This document shows, piece after piece, positions 30,075-39,800 of a DNA stretch of 64,000 nt. A program made the position numbers and the translations under genes. Each line of letters opens with the position of its first letter. Position 1 is the first letter of the stretch. The notes below the pieces were generated by a model that saw only the letters and a program-made list of their open reading frames with translations, did not search any database and was not told where the DNA came from. The stretch is from Candidatus Melainabacteria bacterium 17Bon1m (lineage in GTDB: Bacteria > Cyanobacteriota > Vampirovibrionia > Obscuribacterales > Obscuribacteraceae). The stretch spans positions 417,008 to 481,007 of the forward strand of contig JAVLKG010000003.1 in NCBI GenBank assembly GCA_032128875.1, in the 5' to 3' direction.

Positions 30075-30638
30075 CTAGCAGCAAGGAGTCAGGACTTTTT
30101 CGTCAGCTTCTGGAGCTTGGAAAATGTCGATTTTCTTGTTTGCAAAAACGTTGTCGGTTTCCTCATTGCAGTAGGTGCTCACCTCTCCGATCAAGGCGGG
30201 CCCACCGACTGGTGCGAATTCGTGCCAGACGCCTGAAGTCAGTGTGACTCGTTCGCCTTCGCTCAATTCAAAAGGTTCGCCTGATTTCTTGGTTTCCATC
30301 TTGCGATTGATTTTTATTTCAACCGTGCCTTCCGCTTTGTGTTCTTCCGGGTTTTTATTCCAAAGCGTAAACTTCACTCTGCCGTGGCGAACTATGATGT
30401 CTTCTTTCTTTTCATAGTGCGTGTGGCATGGCGTGACCATGTTTTCACGCGCGTACATGATCTTTTCGCAGTATTCAGGCTCGTTGCACAAAAGGACTTC
30501 AACCAGACCGGCTTTTTCGTATTCGCCCAGTCCAAAATCAGTTGCGCACCATTCTGGTTCTGGCGGAAGTTTCCAGTTGTGTTTTTTCAAACACTCAGCG
30601 GCTTCTTTTAGAAGCATGTTGATTTCGCTTTGCTTCAT
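30075..30638 (-). CDS. D-lyxose/D-mannose family sugar isomerase (cupin)
   Basis: MK.SEIN, W..TDFGLG, YCEKIM, P.H.H..KKEDII, GEVST..DN.F. Confidence 0.92.
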   Translation of the reverse strand: MKQSEINMLLKEAAECLKKHNWKLPPEPEWCATDFGLGEYEKAGLVEVLLCNEPEYCEKIMYARENMVTPCHTHYEKKEDIIVRHGRVKFTLWNKNPEEHKAEGTVEIKINRKMETKKSGEPFELSEGERVTLTSGVWHEFAPVGGPALIGEVSTYCNEETDNVFANKKIDIFQAPEADEKVLTPCC

Positions 30639-30663
30639 TGTCTTTCTCCTGCATCTAAAGTTC

Positions 30664-30719
30664 GTAAGGGCTGCGCATGCGCAGCCCTGTAGGGGAGCCG
30701 CATGCGGCTCCCCTACAGG
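30664..30719. repeat. REP doublet including a perfect 34-bp palindrome
   Basis: gtaagggctgcgcatgcgcagccc, then cctgtaggggagccgcatgcggctcccctacagg (30686-30719). Confidence 0.88.
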
Positions 30720-30724
30720 TGCGT

Positions 30725-31570
30725 TTACTTTGCTGCCACACCTTCGCGAATGTGCTTGACCGCACTCTTGGCGCTTTCACCGTGGTGAAGAACGGCTTGC
30801 AATGCTTTTGTCATGCCAATCGGATCTTCATGCTGAATGATGTTGCGTCCATAGATAAGACCAGCGACGCCCTCTGCAACGAGCTTTTCGGTGTGCTCCA
30901 AAATAGCTTGATTGGAAGCGCGCCCGCCGCCGCGCACGCAGACCGGAACTCCCGATGCTGCTTCGATTACTTTGTCGAATACTTCTTCTGGATCCGTCGG
31001 GTCAGTCTTGATCAAGTCCGCGCCGAGTTCTGCAGCCATACGCGCCAGAGTCACAACGCGAGCCGGAGTCAGATCGCCTTCCATATCGCCTTTATTGTTG
31101 CGGCGGAATGACAATGGTTCGATACCCATCGGCATACCGTAACGGTCACAGATGTTTTTCAAGCGAAGGATGTTGCGCACGCATTGCTCAAGCATCTCAG
31201 GGAATTCGTCCACTTGCAGCAGGTTGAGCAAGATGCAAGCAGCATCGAGGCGAACTGCCAGTTCGACGGCATCTTCATATGCTTCGCAAAACAATCGTGA
31301 TGAGGGCAGCACATCGTTGTAGAAATTCGCCGTGTCTGCGCGCAGCATAAGTGCCGGCTTGGTTCGTCCCGGTAACTTTTGCAGGTGTGGTGCTTCGCCC
31401 GGTGATAACAGCATGGCGTCAGGGTTGGCTTCAGCCAAAGTTTTCACCACCTTGTCCATGTTTTCAATGCCGTCCAAGAAGGCTGCATTGTTAAACAAAG
31501 CGTGGTCAATAGCCACAATCATTGTGCGCTTGGATTCGGGGTGGAAAAGGCGGTTTAAACGATAATGCAT
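30725..31570 (-). CDS. Class I aldolase, DhnA/FbaB/LsrF family
   Basis: RLNRLF, VAIDH, AELGADLIKT (Schiff-base Lys), RGGG and GRNIIQ. ATG at 31570 is preferred to 31663. Confidence 0.9.
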   Translation of the reverse strand: MHYRLNRLFHPESKRTMIVAIDHALFNNAAFLDGIENMDKVVKTLAEANPDAMLLSPGEAPHLQKLPGRTKPALMLRADTANFYNDVLPSSRLFCEAYEDAVELAVRLDAACILLNLLQVDEFPEMLEQCVRNILRLKNICDRYGMPMGIEPLSFRRNNKGDMEGDLTPARVVTLARMAAELGADLIKTDPTDPEEVFDKVIEAASGVPVCVRGGGRASNQAILEHTEKLVAEGVAGLIYGRNIIQHEDPIGMTKALQAVLHHGESAKSAVKHIREGVAAK

Positions 31571-31888
31571 CAAAATAACCTCTGAAGTTTTCAACAGTTC
31601 AGACGGGGCGCCACTTGCGTTGGCAGATCTTAACACGCACAATGCGCGATTCGGCTCCTGCACAATACTTTCCAGTTTTCGCCAGAAGTTAATCCCTATG
31701 TAAATCAGGCGTGTTAATCAAGAGTACGAAAGACGGGTTTTTCGTCGTACCCAATTGGCAACCACCGAGACACGCAGGGCGACCGTTTTAACGCAAAAGA
31801 GAGAGCCCATCGGTTATCATCCTTTCTTTCAGATCTTTCGGTTCTTTCTAACAAAGAGCGCGGCTGGATTAAATACTAGGATTGCGTT

Positions 31889-31915
31889 GTAAGGGCGACT
31901 TCATGCGTCGCCCGG
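31889..31915 (+). repeat. GTA(A/G)-REP palindrome
   Basis: gtaagggcgacttcatgcgtcgcccgg. Confidence 0.75.
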
Positions 31916-31930
31916 CGTCGGGAGAGTTCT

Positions 31931-33040
31931 ATGCAGCAAGTCGTCAATAAAGCCAGCGAGCTACTGGCAGGGTTGGAGCGCGGCGAATCATTGCCGTCGA
32001 GCTGGTACACCGACCCGGAAATGACGGAGCAGGAAATTCACAAGATCTTCCGCAAGACTTGGCAATATGTGGGACCGACTCAAAAGCTCAAAAACGTCGG
32101 CGACTTTATCACTGGTTATGTCGGTGGAATTCCGGTGGTAGTGGTTCGCAACGACCAGGGACTTCAAGGATTCGTCAATGTTTGCCGCCATCGTCGCCAT
32201 GAGGTCATGAAAGACTGCGGCAACGCGAAGATAATGCAGTGCCGCTACCACGCCTGGACTTATGATCTGTGCGGAGAATTGAAAGCCGCACCTCGCTCTG
32301 ATCGCGAGCCGAATTTTTCAGTGTCGGACTATCCGCTTTTGCCAATCAAGGTAGAAACATTGGGTCCATGGGTGTTCGCAAATGCTGATGAAAACAGCAA
32401 ACCGCTGGTAACTTATTTCGGGCCATTGCTGGACATTATTGCTGAATCCGGTATTGATTTGGATTCGCTCGAACTTTGGAGTCGCGACGAGTGGGATGCG
32501 CGCGCCAACTGGAAGACGATGTTAGAAAATTATCTCGAGTGCTATCACTGTCCGGTCGCGCACCCTGGATTTAGCGCTGCGATTGATGTAGACCAAGATA
32601 GTTACAAGCTTACGCCTTACGAATGGTTTTCCAGTCAAGTCGGTTATGTTCGCCAGTCAGCGTTGGAGGGCAGCGCGAAGGTCAAAACCTATGATGCAAA
32701 AGGTTCTGTTAAACAAGCGCAGTATCATTTGCTCTGGCCGAATTTCACGATTAACATCAATCCCGGGTTTCCCAACCTCTCAATTGATGTTTGGTTGCCC
32801 AATGGACCAAACACTGCCAAAGGTTTTTCAGAGCAGTATTTCGCCCCAAGTGTCGATAAGGCCTGGGCAGAAGAACTCATTCACTTCAATACTGAAGTCG
32901 GTTTAGAAGATGACGTGCTGACGAATTCTGTGCAGCTCGGGTTGATCGGTGGCACGCCCAGCGTGGGGCGCTTCCTCACGAACAGCGAACATCTATGCAT
33001 TCACTTTCAAAAGCTCGTCGTCAATGCGATGTGCGAGTAG
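31931..33040 (+). CDS. Rieske non-heme iron oxygenase alpha subunit (choline monooxygenase-like)
   Basis: CRH...CRYHAW Rieske site, NWK..ENYLECYHC..AH and LP.SWYTDP. Confidence 0.9.
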   Translation: MQQVVNKASELLAGLERGESLPSSWYTDPEMTEQEIHKIFRKTWQYVGPTQKLKNVGDFITGYVGGIPVVVVRNDQGLQGFVNVCRHRRHEVMKDCGNAKIMQCRYHAWTYDLCGELKAAPRSDREPNFSVSDYPLLPIKVETLGPWVFANADENSKPLVTYFGPLLDIIAESGIDLDSLELWSRDEWDARANWKTMLENYLECYHCPVAHPGFSAAIDVDQDSYKLTPYEWFSSQVGYVRQSALEGSAKVKTYDAKGSVKQAQYHLLWPNFTININPGFPNLSIDVWLPNGPNTAKGFSEQYFAPSVDKAWAEELIHFNTEVGLEDDVLTNSVQLGLIGGTPSVGRFLTNSEHLCIHFQKLVVNAMCE

Positions 33041-33056
33041 CAGACTTTGATTTAGA

Positions 33057-35810
33057 GTGGGTTTAAAACTAGGAAACAAGGAAACTGGCAGCAGCATGTT
33101 ACAGGTATACGACAGTCAGGAGACTCGCCGGCTTGAAGAAGATCGGCTAAGGCAGCGCAACTGGAAGCGTTGGGGTCCGTATCTGTCGAACCGGCAGTGG
33201 GGCACTGTCCGCGAAGACTATTCAGCGGGCGGGTCGTGCTGGGACTACTTCACTCACGATCATTCGCGCAGCCGCGCATACCGCTGGGGTGAAGACGGGC
33301 TGCTAGGCATCACTGATCGAGAGTGCCGCTTGTGCTTTTCACTCTCATTGTGGAATGGCAAAGATCCGATATTGAAAGAACGGCTTTTTGGACTGACTGG
33401 TCCCGAGGGTAATCACGGCGAAGACGTCAAGGAAAACTTTTACTACATAGATTCGACGATTACGCACTCGTACATGAAGGCGCTGTATAAGTACCCAGCC
33501 AACGAGTTTCCTTATGAACGGCTCGTCAAAGAGAATCGAAATCGCAGTCGCTCAATGCCAGAATTTGAGCTGTATGACACAGGCGTCTTCGACAATGACG
33601 AATACTTCGATGTTTTCGTCGAGTATGCCAAGAATACGCCAAACGACATACTCATAAAGGTTGTGATTAACAATCGTTCGTCAGAAGCGCGTCAGATTCA
33701 CTTCTTGCCGATGCTGTGGTTTCGCAACACTTGGAGTTTTGGATCCGCTTACGATCGTGTCACGACAAGACCTGGCATGAAATTTGAGAAGCCTGGATTG
33801 ATTTCCACCGAGCATGAAACACTCGGTAAGTTTTATTTCGCGTATCAAACACCACCCAATGCAAAGGCTGAGCCGAAGCCGCTTTTTACTGAGAATGAAA
33901 CGAATCACGAACGTCTTTTCGGACTGCCAAATTCGGTTCCTTATGTGAAGGATGCCTTTCACGAATATGTAGTCGGTAAAAAGGAAGATGCTGTAAATCC
34001 AGACCGCGTTGGCACGAAATTTGCACCGCACTATGTTTTGGAAATCGGTGCCAAGGATTCGTGCACAGTCAATCTGCGCCTGTTTTCAGAGTCCGAACAA
34101 CCGAGCGAGTTTTTTGGCGCAGAGTTCGACAAACTATTTTTGGTACGACTGGCCGAAGCCGACGATCTCTACTACAAAGATGGTGTCATCCACCCATCTT
34201 TAACCTCGGAAGAAAAGCTTGTGGCGCGCCAGGCTTATGCCGGACTTCTTTGGACGAAACAGTTTTATCACTACGTCATTCCGGACTGGCTTGATGGCGA
34301 TATGAGTCAGCCTGCTCCACCCGGACAGCGCAAAAGTGGACGGAATAAAGATTGGAAGCACGTCTACAACCGCGACATTATTTCTATGCCCGACAAGTGG
34401 GAATACCCTTGGTTTGCCGCCTGGGATCTGGCATTCCACATGATTCCGTTTTCCGATATGGATTCATACTTCGCCAAGGACCAAATGATTCTTCTCTTGC
34501 GCGAATGGTATATGCACCCTAACGGTCAGATTCCTGCGTATGAGTTCAATTTTGGTGACGTCAATCCGCCTGTTCATGCGTGGGCGGCGTGGCACATCTA
34601 TAAATCCGAGCGCTACACCGGTGTGCCTGATCGCGTCTTTCTTGAAAGTATTTTTCAGAAGCTGACGCTCAATTTCACATGGTGGGTGAATCGCAAAGAT
34701 TTGGAGGGAAACAATCTCTTTTCTGGCGGATTCTTAGGATTGGACAATATCGGTGCCTTTGACAGATCGCAAAAGCTGCCAACGGGCGGTGTTCTCGAGC
34801 AGGCTGACGGAACTGCCTGGATGGCATTTTTCTGTCTCAATATGTTCCGCATGGCGATGGAATTGGCACAGGAAAATCCTGTCTATGAAGACATGGCATC
34901 GAGATATTTTGAGCATTTTGTTTCCATCACAGACGCGATGAATTGCCTTGGCGGCAACGGACTCTGGCATGAAGAAGATGGCTTCTACTACGATCAAATT
35001 CACGTAGACGATCATTCCATGCCACTGAAGATACGCTCTCTGGTCGGACTTCTGCCACTGATTGCGGTGCATACATTCGATGAAAGTCAGCTTTCCTGTA
35101 TGCCGAATTTCTACAAGCGCATGGCGTGGTTTCTCACATACAGAGCGGATTTGTCGAAATCTATTTCCTATGCAGCAGAAGATCACGATGTACGCATTTT
35201 AGCGATTCCATCTAAAGAGAGATTGGAAAGATTGCTTGCATATCTTTTGGATGAGGAGGAGTTTCTTTCTCCATACGGCATACGCTCGCTGTCGAAATAT
35301 CACGAGAAGCATCCGTATTCGTTCTTCGCAGGCGGCAAGGAGCATCGAGTTGAGTATATGCCGGACGAAAGCGATACCGGCATGTTTGGTGGCAATTCGA
35401 ATTGGAGAGGACCGATTTGGTTTCCCCTTAACTATCTGATTGTCGAAGCTTTGCTGCGCTACTACCATTTTTATGGTGACTCTTTCCTCGTCGAATGTCC
35501 GACAGGCTCAGGCAATATGATGAATCTCGAGCAAGTTTCGCAGGAGATTGCTCGCCGCCTTTCATCAATATTTCTGCCCGATGAAAATGGTGTTCGCCCC
35601 TGCAATGGGCAGCAAACAAAATATGCGGATGACCCAAATTGGAGAAATTTGGTTCTCTTTTACGAATACTTCAACCCGGAGACAGGCAGGGGGCTGGGAG
35701 CCGACCACCAAACCGGATGGACCGCACTTGTCGCTGACCTGCTCGCACGCGAAAGATGGGATAAACTTGTCAACGGAACAAGGGTAGTTTTAGACGTTGC
35801 GCGATCTTGA
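33057..35810 (+). CDS. GH63 / MGH1-like glucosidase (start may be ATG 33096)
   Basis: WGPYLS.RQWGTVREDYS, SMPDKWEYPWFAAWDLAFH, GGNSNWRGPIW and HQTGWT. Confidence 0.92.
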   Translation: MGLKLGNKETGSSMLQVYDSQETRRLEEDRLRQRNWKRWGPYLSNRQWGTVREDYSAGGSCWDYFTHDHSRSRAYRWGEDGLLGITDRECRLCFSLSLWNGKDPILKERLFGLTGPEGNHGEDVKENFYYIDSTITHSYMKALYKYPANEFPYERLVKENRNRSRSMPEFELYDTGVFDNDEYFDVFVEYAKNTPNDILIKVVINNRSSEARQIHFLPMLWFRNTWSFGSAYDRVTTRPGMKFEKPGLISTEHETLGKFYFAYQTPPNAKAEPKPLFTENETNHERLFGLPNSVPYVKDAFHEYVVGKKEDAVNPDRVGTKFAPHYVLEIGAKDSCTVNLRLFSESEQPSEFFGAEFDKLFLVRLAEADDLYYKDGVIHPSLTSEEKLVARQAYAGLLWTKQFYHYVIPDWLDGDMSQPAPPGQRKSGRNKDWKHVYNRDIISMPDKWEYPWFAAWDLAFHMIPFSDMDSYFAKDQMILLLREWYMHPNGQIPAYEFNFGDVNPPVHAWAAWHIYKSERYTGVPDRVFLESIFQKLTLNFTWWVNRKDLEGNNLFSGGFLGLDNIGAFDRSQKLPTGGVLEQADGTAWMAFFCLNMFRMAMELAQENPVYEDMASRYFEHFVSITDAMNCLGGNGLWHEEDGFYYDQIHVDDHSMPLKIRSLVGLLPLIAVHTFDESQLSCMPNFYKRMAWFLTYRADLSKSISYAAEDHDVRILAIPSKERLERLLAYLLDEEEFLSPYGIRSLSKYHEKHPYSFFAGGKEHRVEYMPDESDTGMFGGNSNWRGPIWFPLNYLIVEALLRYYHFYGDSFLVECPTGSGNMMNLEQVSQEIARRLSSIFLPDENGVRPCNGQQTKYADDPNWRNLVLFYEYFNPETGRGLGADHQTGWTALVADLLARERWDKLVNGTRVVLDVARS

Positions 35811-37254
35811 AATGCTAAACGGCATGCGGATCAGTTTTATAAACAAAAACCGAAGTGCGAGCCGATGGAATGTTATGGCGCGTAAGGTCGCTGCCGTAGC
35901 ACTGAGTCTGCAAATTCTTTCTTGTTCCAGTGCTTTTGCACTGCAGCCTCTTGATGAAGAACGTCAAATCGATGCAATAACGAACCAGATATTGCACAAA
36001 GAAATTGATTTAGAACGATACTATCTGCAATACCGCGTCTATGGCACGAAAATTCCTAAGACCCAACGCATTCGCTTTGCTGCCGGTCAAATCGCCTCTG
36101 CTGCCGCTGGTTTGGCGTCTAGTATTTGGCTGGTCAAAATTTCCGGCGCCAATATTCATCACCCTGAAAAAATTACCGATGGTGAAAATCGTCGCGCTAT
36201 ACGAGTGGGAATTATCGCCATTCTGTTAGATGGCGCCAGCGTCGGGCTGGAGTTTGGCTCGAACGGCTGGACGGCCATGAAGAACATCATTTTGAAGAAA
36301 AGCCCCGGTGCTGCTGTCAAAGAAGTGATTAAGCGCGTACAGGAGATCGATGCTTTACGCGCTGAGAGAGACTCGCTTGTGGCGAAGTTTCCTGATTCTG
36401 AACTCGGTGGAGTGTATAGAGCAGAAGGTCGGGTGTTAAAGCACTTCCGTGATTGGTGCCTCTCTGAATTCGCGGATGTGTATTCCGATATCAAAGCACT
36501 TCAGTCCAGTTACAACGTTTACTATGCTCTCGACCTGGCCGCTGATGGTCTCTATTTGGCGTCATATTTGCTAGGCATGCAGTCATACAAAAGCGATCGA
36601 TTTACGAAGCCTTCTGTGATCACCGGCATTGTTGGCGATGGCATCGGTATCGCCAGCGCGCCTGCGAGTGGACGCTCATATTACGCGCTTGCGAAGTTTT
36701 GGCGCAATAGATTGAAAAAGAAGTTTCAAGAGTCTCTCATGGATGCGGAAGATGACGCTAAAGTGGCTATGGCTGACCTGAATCGAGAACTCTCGACCAA
36801 GGATATCTCTCTGCTGGAGGCTACACCTTCCGTCCAGAATCGCACCTCTGCGTATGCGCTTTGGTCGGCGCGTTACGACCGAAGTATCGACGAGAGCCTG
36901 GAAGATCTGCGCCACAACAATAAAGTTGCATTGCAGGGCGAGCTGACTGGTCCACTGATTTCAGGGACTTATTTGAATCAGGATATTTTGGGTATGGTCA
37001 GCCTCAGCGGCCGGCTGCGCAACCGCGATAGAGCGCAAAACAATCTTGCACTGGCCGGAGCAATCGGTTCTACCGCCGGTACTGGGTTTTCTTTGGGACT
37101 AACTACCTATTGGTTATATGATGATATTCGTCATCGAACAAGAATGAGAAAGAAAGGTGAGCTGCCTGAGCAGATTTTGGCTAGACGATTGAAAACTCTC
37201 GATGAACTCGATTCGATGTTGATTTCGTCGAATAAGCCGCAGCCTATTCAATGA
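35797..37254 (+). CDS. Hypothetical exported protein with three Gly/Ala-rich hydrophobic hairpins; start uncertain
   Basis: Long ORF with a signal-peptide-like segment (AAVALSLQILSCSSAFA). Confidence 0.7.
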   Translation: MRDLEMLNGMRISFINKNRSASRWNVMARKVAAVALSLQILSCSSAFALQPLDEERQIDAITNQILHKEIDLERYYLQYRVYGTKIPKTQRIRFAAGQIASAAAGLASSIWLVKISGANIHHPEKITDGENRRAIRVGIIAILLDGASVGLEFGSNGWTAMKNIILKKSPGAAVKEVIKRVQEIDALRAERDSLVAKFPDSELGGVYRAEGRVLKHFRDWCLSEFADVYSDIKALQSSYNVYYALDLAADGLYLASYLLGMQSYKSDRFTKPSVITGIVGDGIGIASAPASGRSYYALAKFWRNRLKKKFQESLMDAEDDAKVAMADLNRELSTKDISLLEATPSVQNRTSAYALWSARYDRSIDESLEDLRHNNKVALQGELTGPLISGTYLNQDILGMVSLSGRLRNRDRAQNNLALAGAIGSTAGTGFSLGLTTYWLYDDIRHRTRMRKKGELPEQILARRLKTLDELDSMLISSNKPQPIQ

Positions 37255-38273
37255 AACAGTCTGAATCAATGAGTGATAATTTTCTGAAATCGGAGCGCCT
37301 CCATTTTCGGCGGTGGCGCGCGGATGATCTGGAACTCGCCTGGAGCCTTTGGGGAGACCCAGAAGTAACAAAGCTCTTCAGCAGAGAACCTCTAACACGT
37401 GGGTCGGTGGAGATGCGCTTGGCGCAAGAGATAGAACAGGGAAACAAGTACGGAATTCAATACTGGCCGCTCTTCACTCCTGATGGCAATTTCGTCGGCT
37501 GCTGCGGTTTGAGACCGAAAACTGAGAGCGCCGTGGAAATTGGTTTTCACCTCCTGCCGAAACATTGGGGAAAGGGTTATGCAACTGAGGCTGCAAGAGC
37601 GGTTATAGATCATGCGTTTTCAACCTTGAAGATAGAAAGTTTGTTCGCTGGTCATCATCCGGATAACAAATCCTCGCGAAGCGCTCTGCGCAAACTAGGT
37701 TTTATCGGTGCTCCGGCGGAGTTTTACGAACCAACAGGATTGCATCATCCATCGTACTTGCTATACAAGGAAGATAAACCTTGTCGATTGCGTCTTGCTC
37801 AACAAGCTGACTCATATGCTCTAGCTGCTGTTCATCACGATTCGCTGAAGGGAACATTTGACGAGCTTGTACCTGCATATGCAAACTCGAGATGTCTGGA
37901 TGATTTTGAACATCTGTGGAGCGGGAGGTTCGATGATCCGCTTTGCGTGACGAGTGCGCTTGTGCGCGGCGAACAGATTGTTGGTCTTGTGTCGGCATCT
38001 GCGCCACGTGACGATGATTCCGATGGTACATTCGGCGAAGTCGGACGTATTTATCTGCACCCATCTGTTTGGCAGAAGGGGCATGGCGCTGCGCTTCTTG
38101 CTTGGTGCGAAGAAGAGCTTGCGAGGAAGGGTTATGTTATGTCCAAGCTTTGGGTCTTCGAAGTCAACGAGCGTGCACGACGTTTTTACGAAAAGAACGG
38201 ATACCGTTTGGACGGCAAGACGAAAGAAGAGTTCGCAACACGCTTGCTCCGCTACGAAAAGAAATTATTGTAG
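37251..38273 (+). CDS. Tandem GNAT acetyltransferase (RimJ-like plus second GNAT)
   Basis: WGKGYATEAA..N..S...LRKLGF, and WQKGHG..N.RARRFYEKNGY. Confidence 0.9.
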   Translation: MKQSESMSDNFLKSERLHFRRWRADDLELAWSLWGDPEVTKLFSREPLTRGSVEMRLAQEIEQGNKYGIQYWPLFTPDGNFVGCCGLRPKTESAVEIGFHLLPKHWGKGYATEAARAVIDHAFSTLKIESLFAGHHPDNKSSRSALRKLGFIGAPAEFYEPTGLHHPSYLLYKEDKPCRLRLAQQADSYALAAVHHDSLKGTFDELVPAYANSRCLDDFEHLWSGRFDDPLCVTSALVRGEQIVGLVSASAPRDDDSDGTFGEVGRIYLHPSVWQKGHGAALLAWCEEELARKGYVMSKLWVFEVNERARRFYEKNGYRLDGKTKEEFATRLLRYEKKLL

Positions 38274-38296
38274 GGGCGACGCCATGCGTCGCCCGG
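38270..38296 (+). repeat. GTAG-REP palindrome supplying the GNAT stop codon
   Basis: gTAGgggcgacgccatgcgtcgcccgg. Confidence 0.85.
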
Positions 38297-38322
38297 TTTT
38301 TATGACGATCGTTTGAAAACTA

Positions 38323-39003
38323 CTAGCGTTTTGAATTCAGGCGATAACCTTCTTTCGAAAGGTTTTCAATCACGGTTCCTTCTACGTCGCCGATTTTCTT
38401 TCTGACACGCTTAATCGCAGAGCGGACAGCTTCTTCCGACGACTCACCATCGCCGCCCCATGCGCGCTGCGCAAGAGCTTCGTAACTAAATACGTCATCC
38501 GGATGCTGCATCATAAATTCGAGCAGCGCAAAATCTTTTGGTGAAAGATGCACGTTCATCCCGTCAACAGTTAGCTTTCTGCTTGCTGATGAAAGTTCTA
38601 AATTCCGCACTTGGATGGTGACATCGCCTTCCGGAAAATCGTAGCTGCGACGCAGAAGCGCACGCAATCTTGCTGAAAGCTCGGTCAGGTGAAAAGGTTT
38701 GCTCAAATAATCATCGGCACCCATATCGAGTCCCGATTCTTTGTCGGACAAACCGCCGCGACCCGTAAGCATTAAGACAGGTGTTCTGCCGCCACTTGAG
38801 CGATAGTTCTTGAGCACATCCAAGCCGGACATCTTCGGCAAATTCCAATCAAGCATGATTAAGTCATATTTGAAAGATGACAGCCGAAAGTTAGCTTCCG
38901 CGCCATCTCCGGCATGCTCGACTGTGTATCCCTCGTGCTCGAGGAAATCACTCATCGTGCTCGTCAGGTCGATATCGTCTTCAACCAGTAGAATTTTCGC
39001 CAT
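38323..39003 (-). CDS. OmpR-family response regulator
   Basis: MAKILLVEDD, LDWNLP, GADDYLSKPF and winged helix. Confidence 0.93.
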   Translation of the reverse strand: MAKILLVEDDIDLTSTMSDFLEHEGYTVEHAGDGAEANFRLSSFKYDLIMLDWNLPKMSGLDVLKNYRSSGGRTPVLMLTGRGGLSDKESGLDMGADDYLSKPFHLTELSARLRALLRRSYDFPEGDVTIQVRNLELSSASRKLTVDGMNVHLSPKDFALLEFMMQHPDDVFSYEALAQRAWGGDGESSEEAVRSAIKRVRKKIGDVEGTVIENLSKEGYRLNSKR

Positions 39004-39091
39004 GGCAACCGCTTGTTTTATCTGTGCTTGATACAAGTTGCATCATAGTACCGGGCTCCCTCCAATTTATCTACCCGGGCTAATTGCCGCA

Positions 39092-39763
39092 CTAATCTGG
39101 AAAGAATCCGTAGCCGTGCCCGTGTACGTTGCGCACCACATCATTCTCATTTTCTGCCGCCAGTTTTTGCCGCAAACGTTTGACGCATGACCGAATCGCC
39201 ATATCCGTAGATTCCGAATCTGTCGGCCAGACTCTATTGAGCAAAGTGTCTGGAGAGAAAAGCTCGCGAGGGTGTTTCATCAGGAATTCGAGCAATGCCA
39301 ATTCTTTCGGCAACAGCGGAACCTTCTTATTGCCGATACGAAGCACGCCTGCTTTTCTGTCCAGCTCGAAGCGGTCGTGCTTGGGATTGTCGTCTTGCAC
39401 GTGCGGGCGCCGCAGGAGCGCCGAAATACGTGCGGTCAGCTCGCGTGCGTGGAAAGGCTTGGTCAGGTAGTCATCGGCTCCGGTGTCGAAGCCGGTTACC
39501 TTGTCGGCAATGTCTGATCTGCCTGTGAGCATGAGAATGGGCGATGTGCCCCCGGCATTCCGGTACTCCTTGAGAATGTCAATTCCCTTGCAACCAGGCA
39601 ATTCCCAGTCGAGAATAATGATGTCGTAGTCGTAAGTCTTCACGCGCGTGCGGGCGTCGGTGCCGTCGTTGACGACTTCGCACTGGTGTTTTTCTCTGGT
39701 TAGCCACCCCTGGATGATTTCTGCAAGGGCGGTATCGTCTTCTACGAGTAGTATTTTGGCCAT
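39092..39763 (-). CDS. OmpR-family response regulator
   Basis: MAKILLVEDD, LDWELP, GADDYLTKPF and winged helix. Confidence 0.93.
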   Translation of the reverse strand: MAKILLVEDDTALAEIIQGWLTREKHQCEVVNDGTDARTRVKTYDYDIIILDWELPGCKGIDILKEYRNAGGTSPILMLTGRSDIADKVTGFDTGADDYLTKPFHARELTARISALLRRPHVQDDNPKHDRFELDRKAGVLRIGNKKVPLLPKELALLEFLMKHPRELFSPDTLLNRVWPTDSESTDMAIRSCVKRLRQKLAAENENDVVRNVHGHGYGFFPD

Positions 39764-39800
39764 GGCAAGAGGTTCAATTAGCTATCAAATGATAGCTTAC

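Noticed and set aside
31670-31890. Riboswitch in the aldolase/Rieske divergent region
   Set aside because: There is one weak hairpin, but no aptamer consensus I could recognise; an Rfam scan would settle it.
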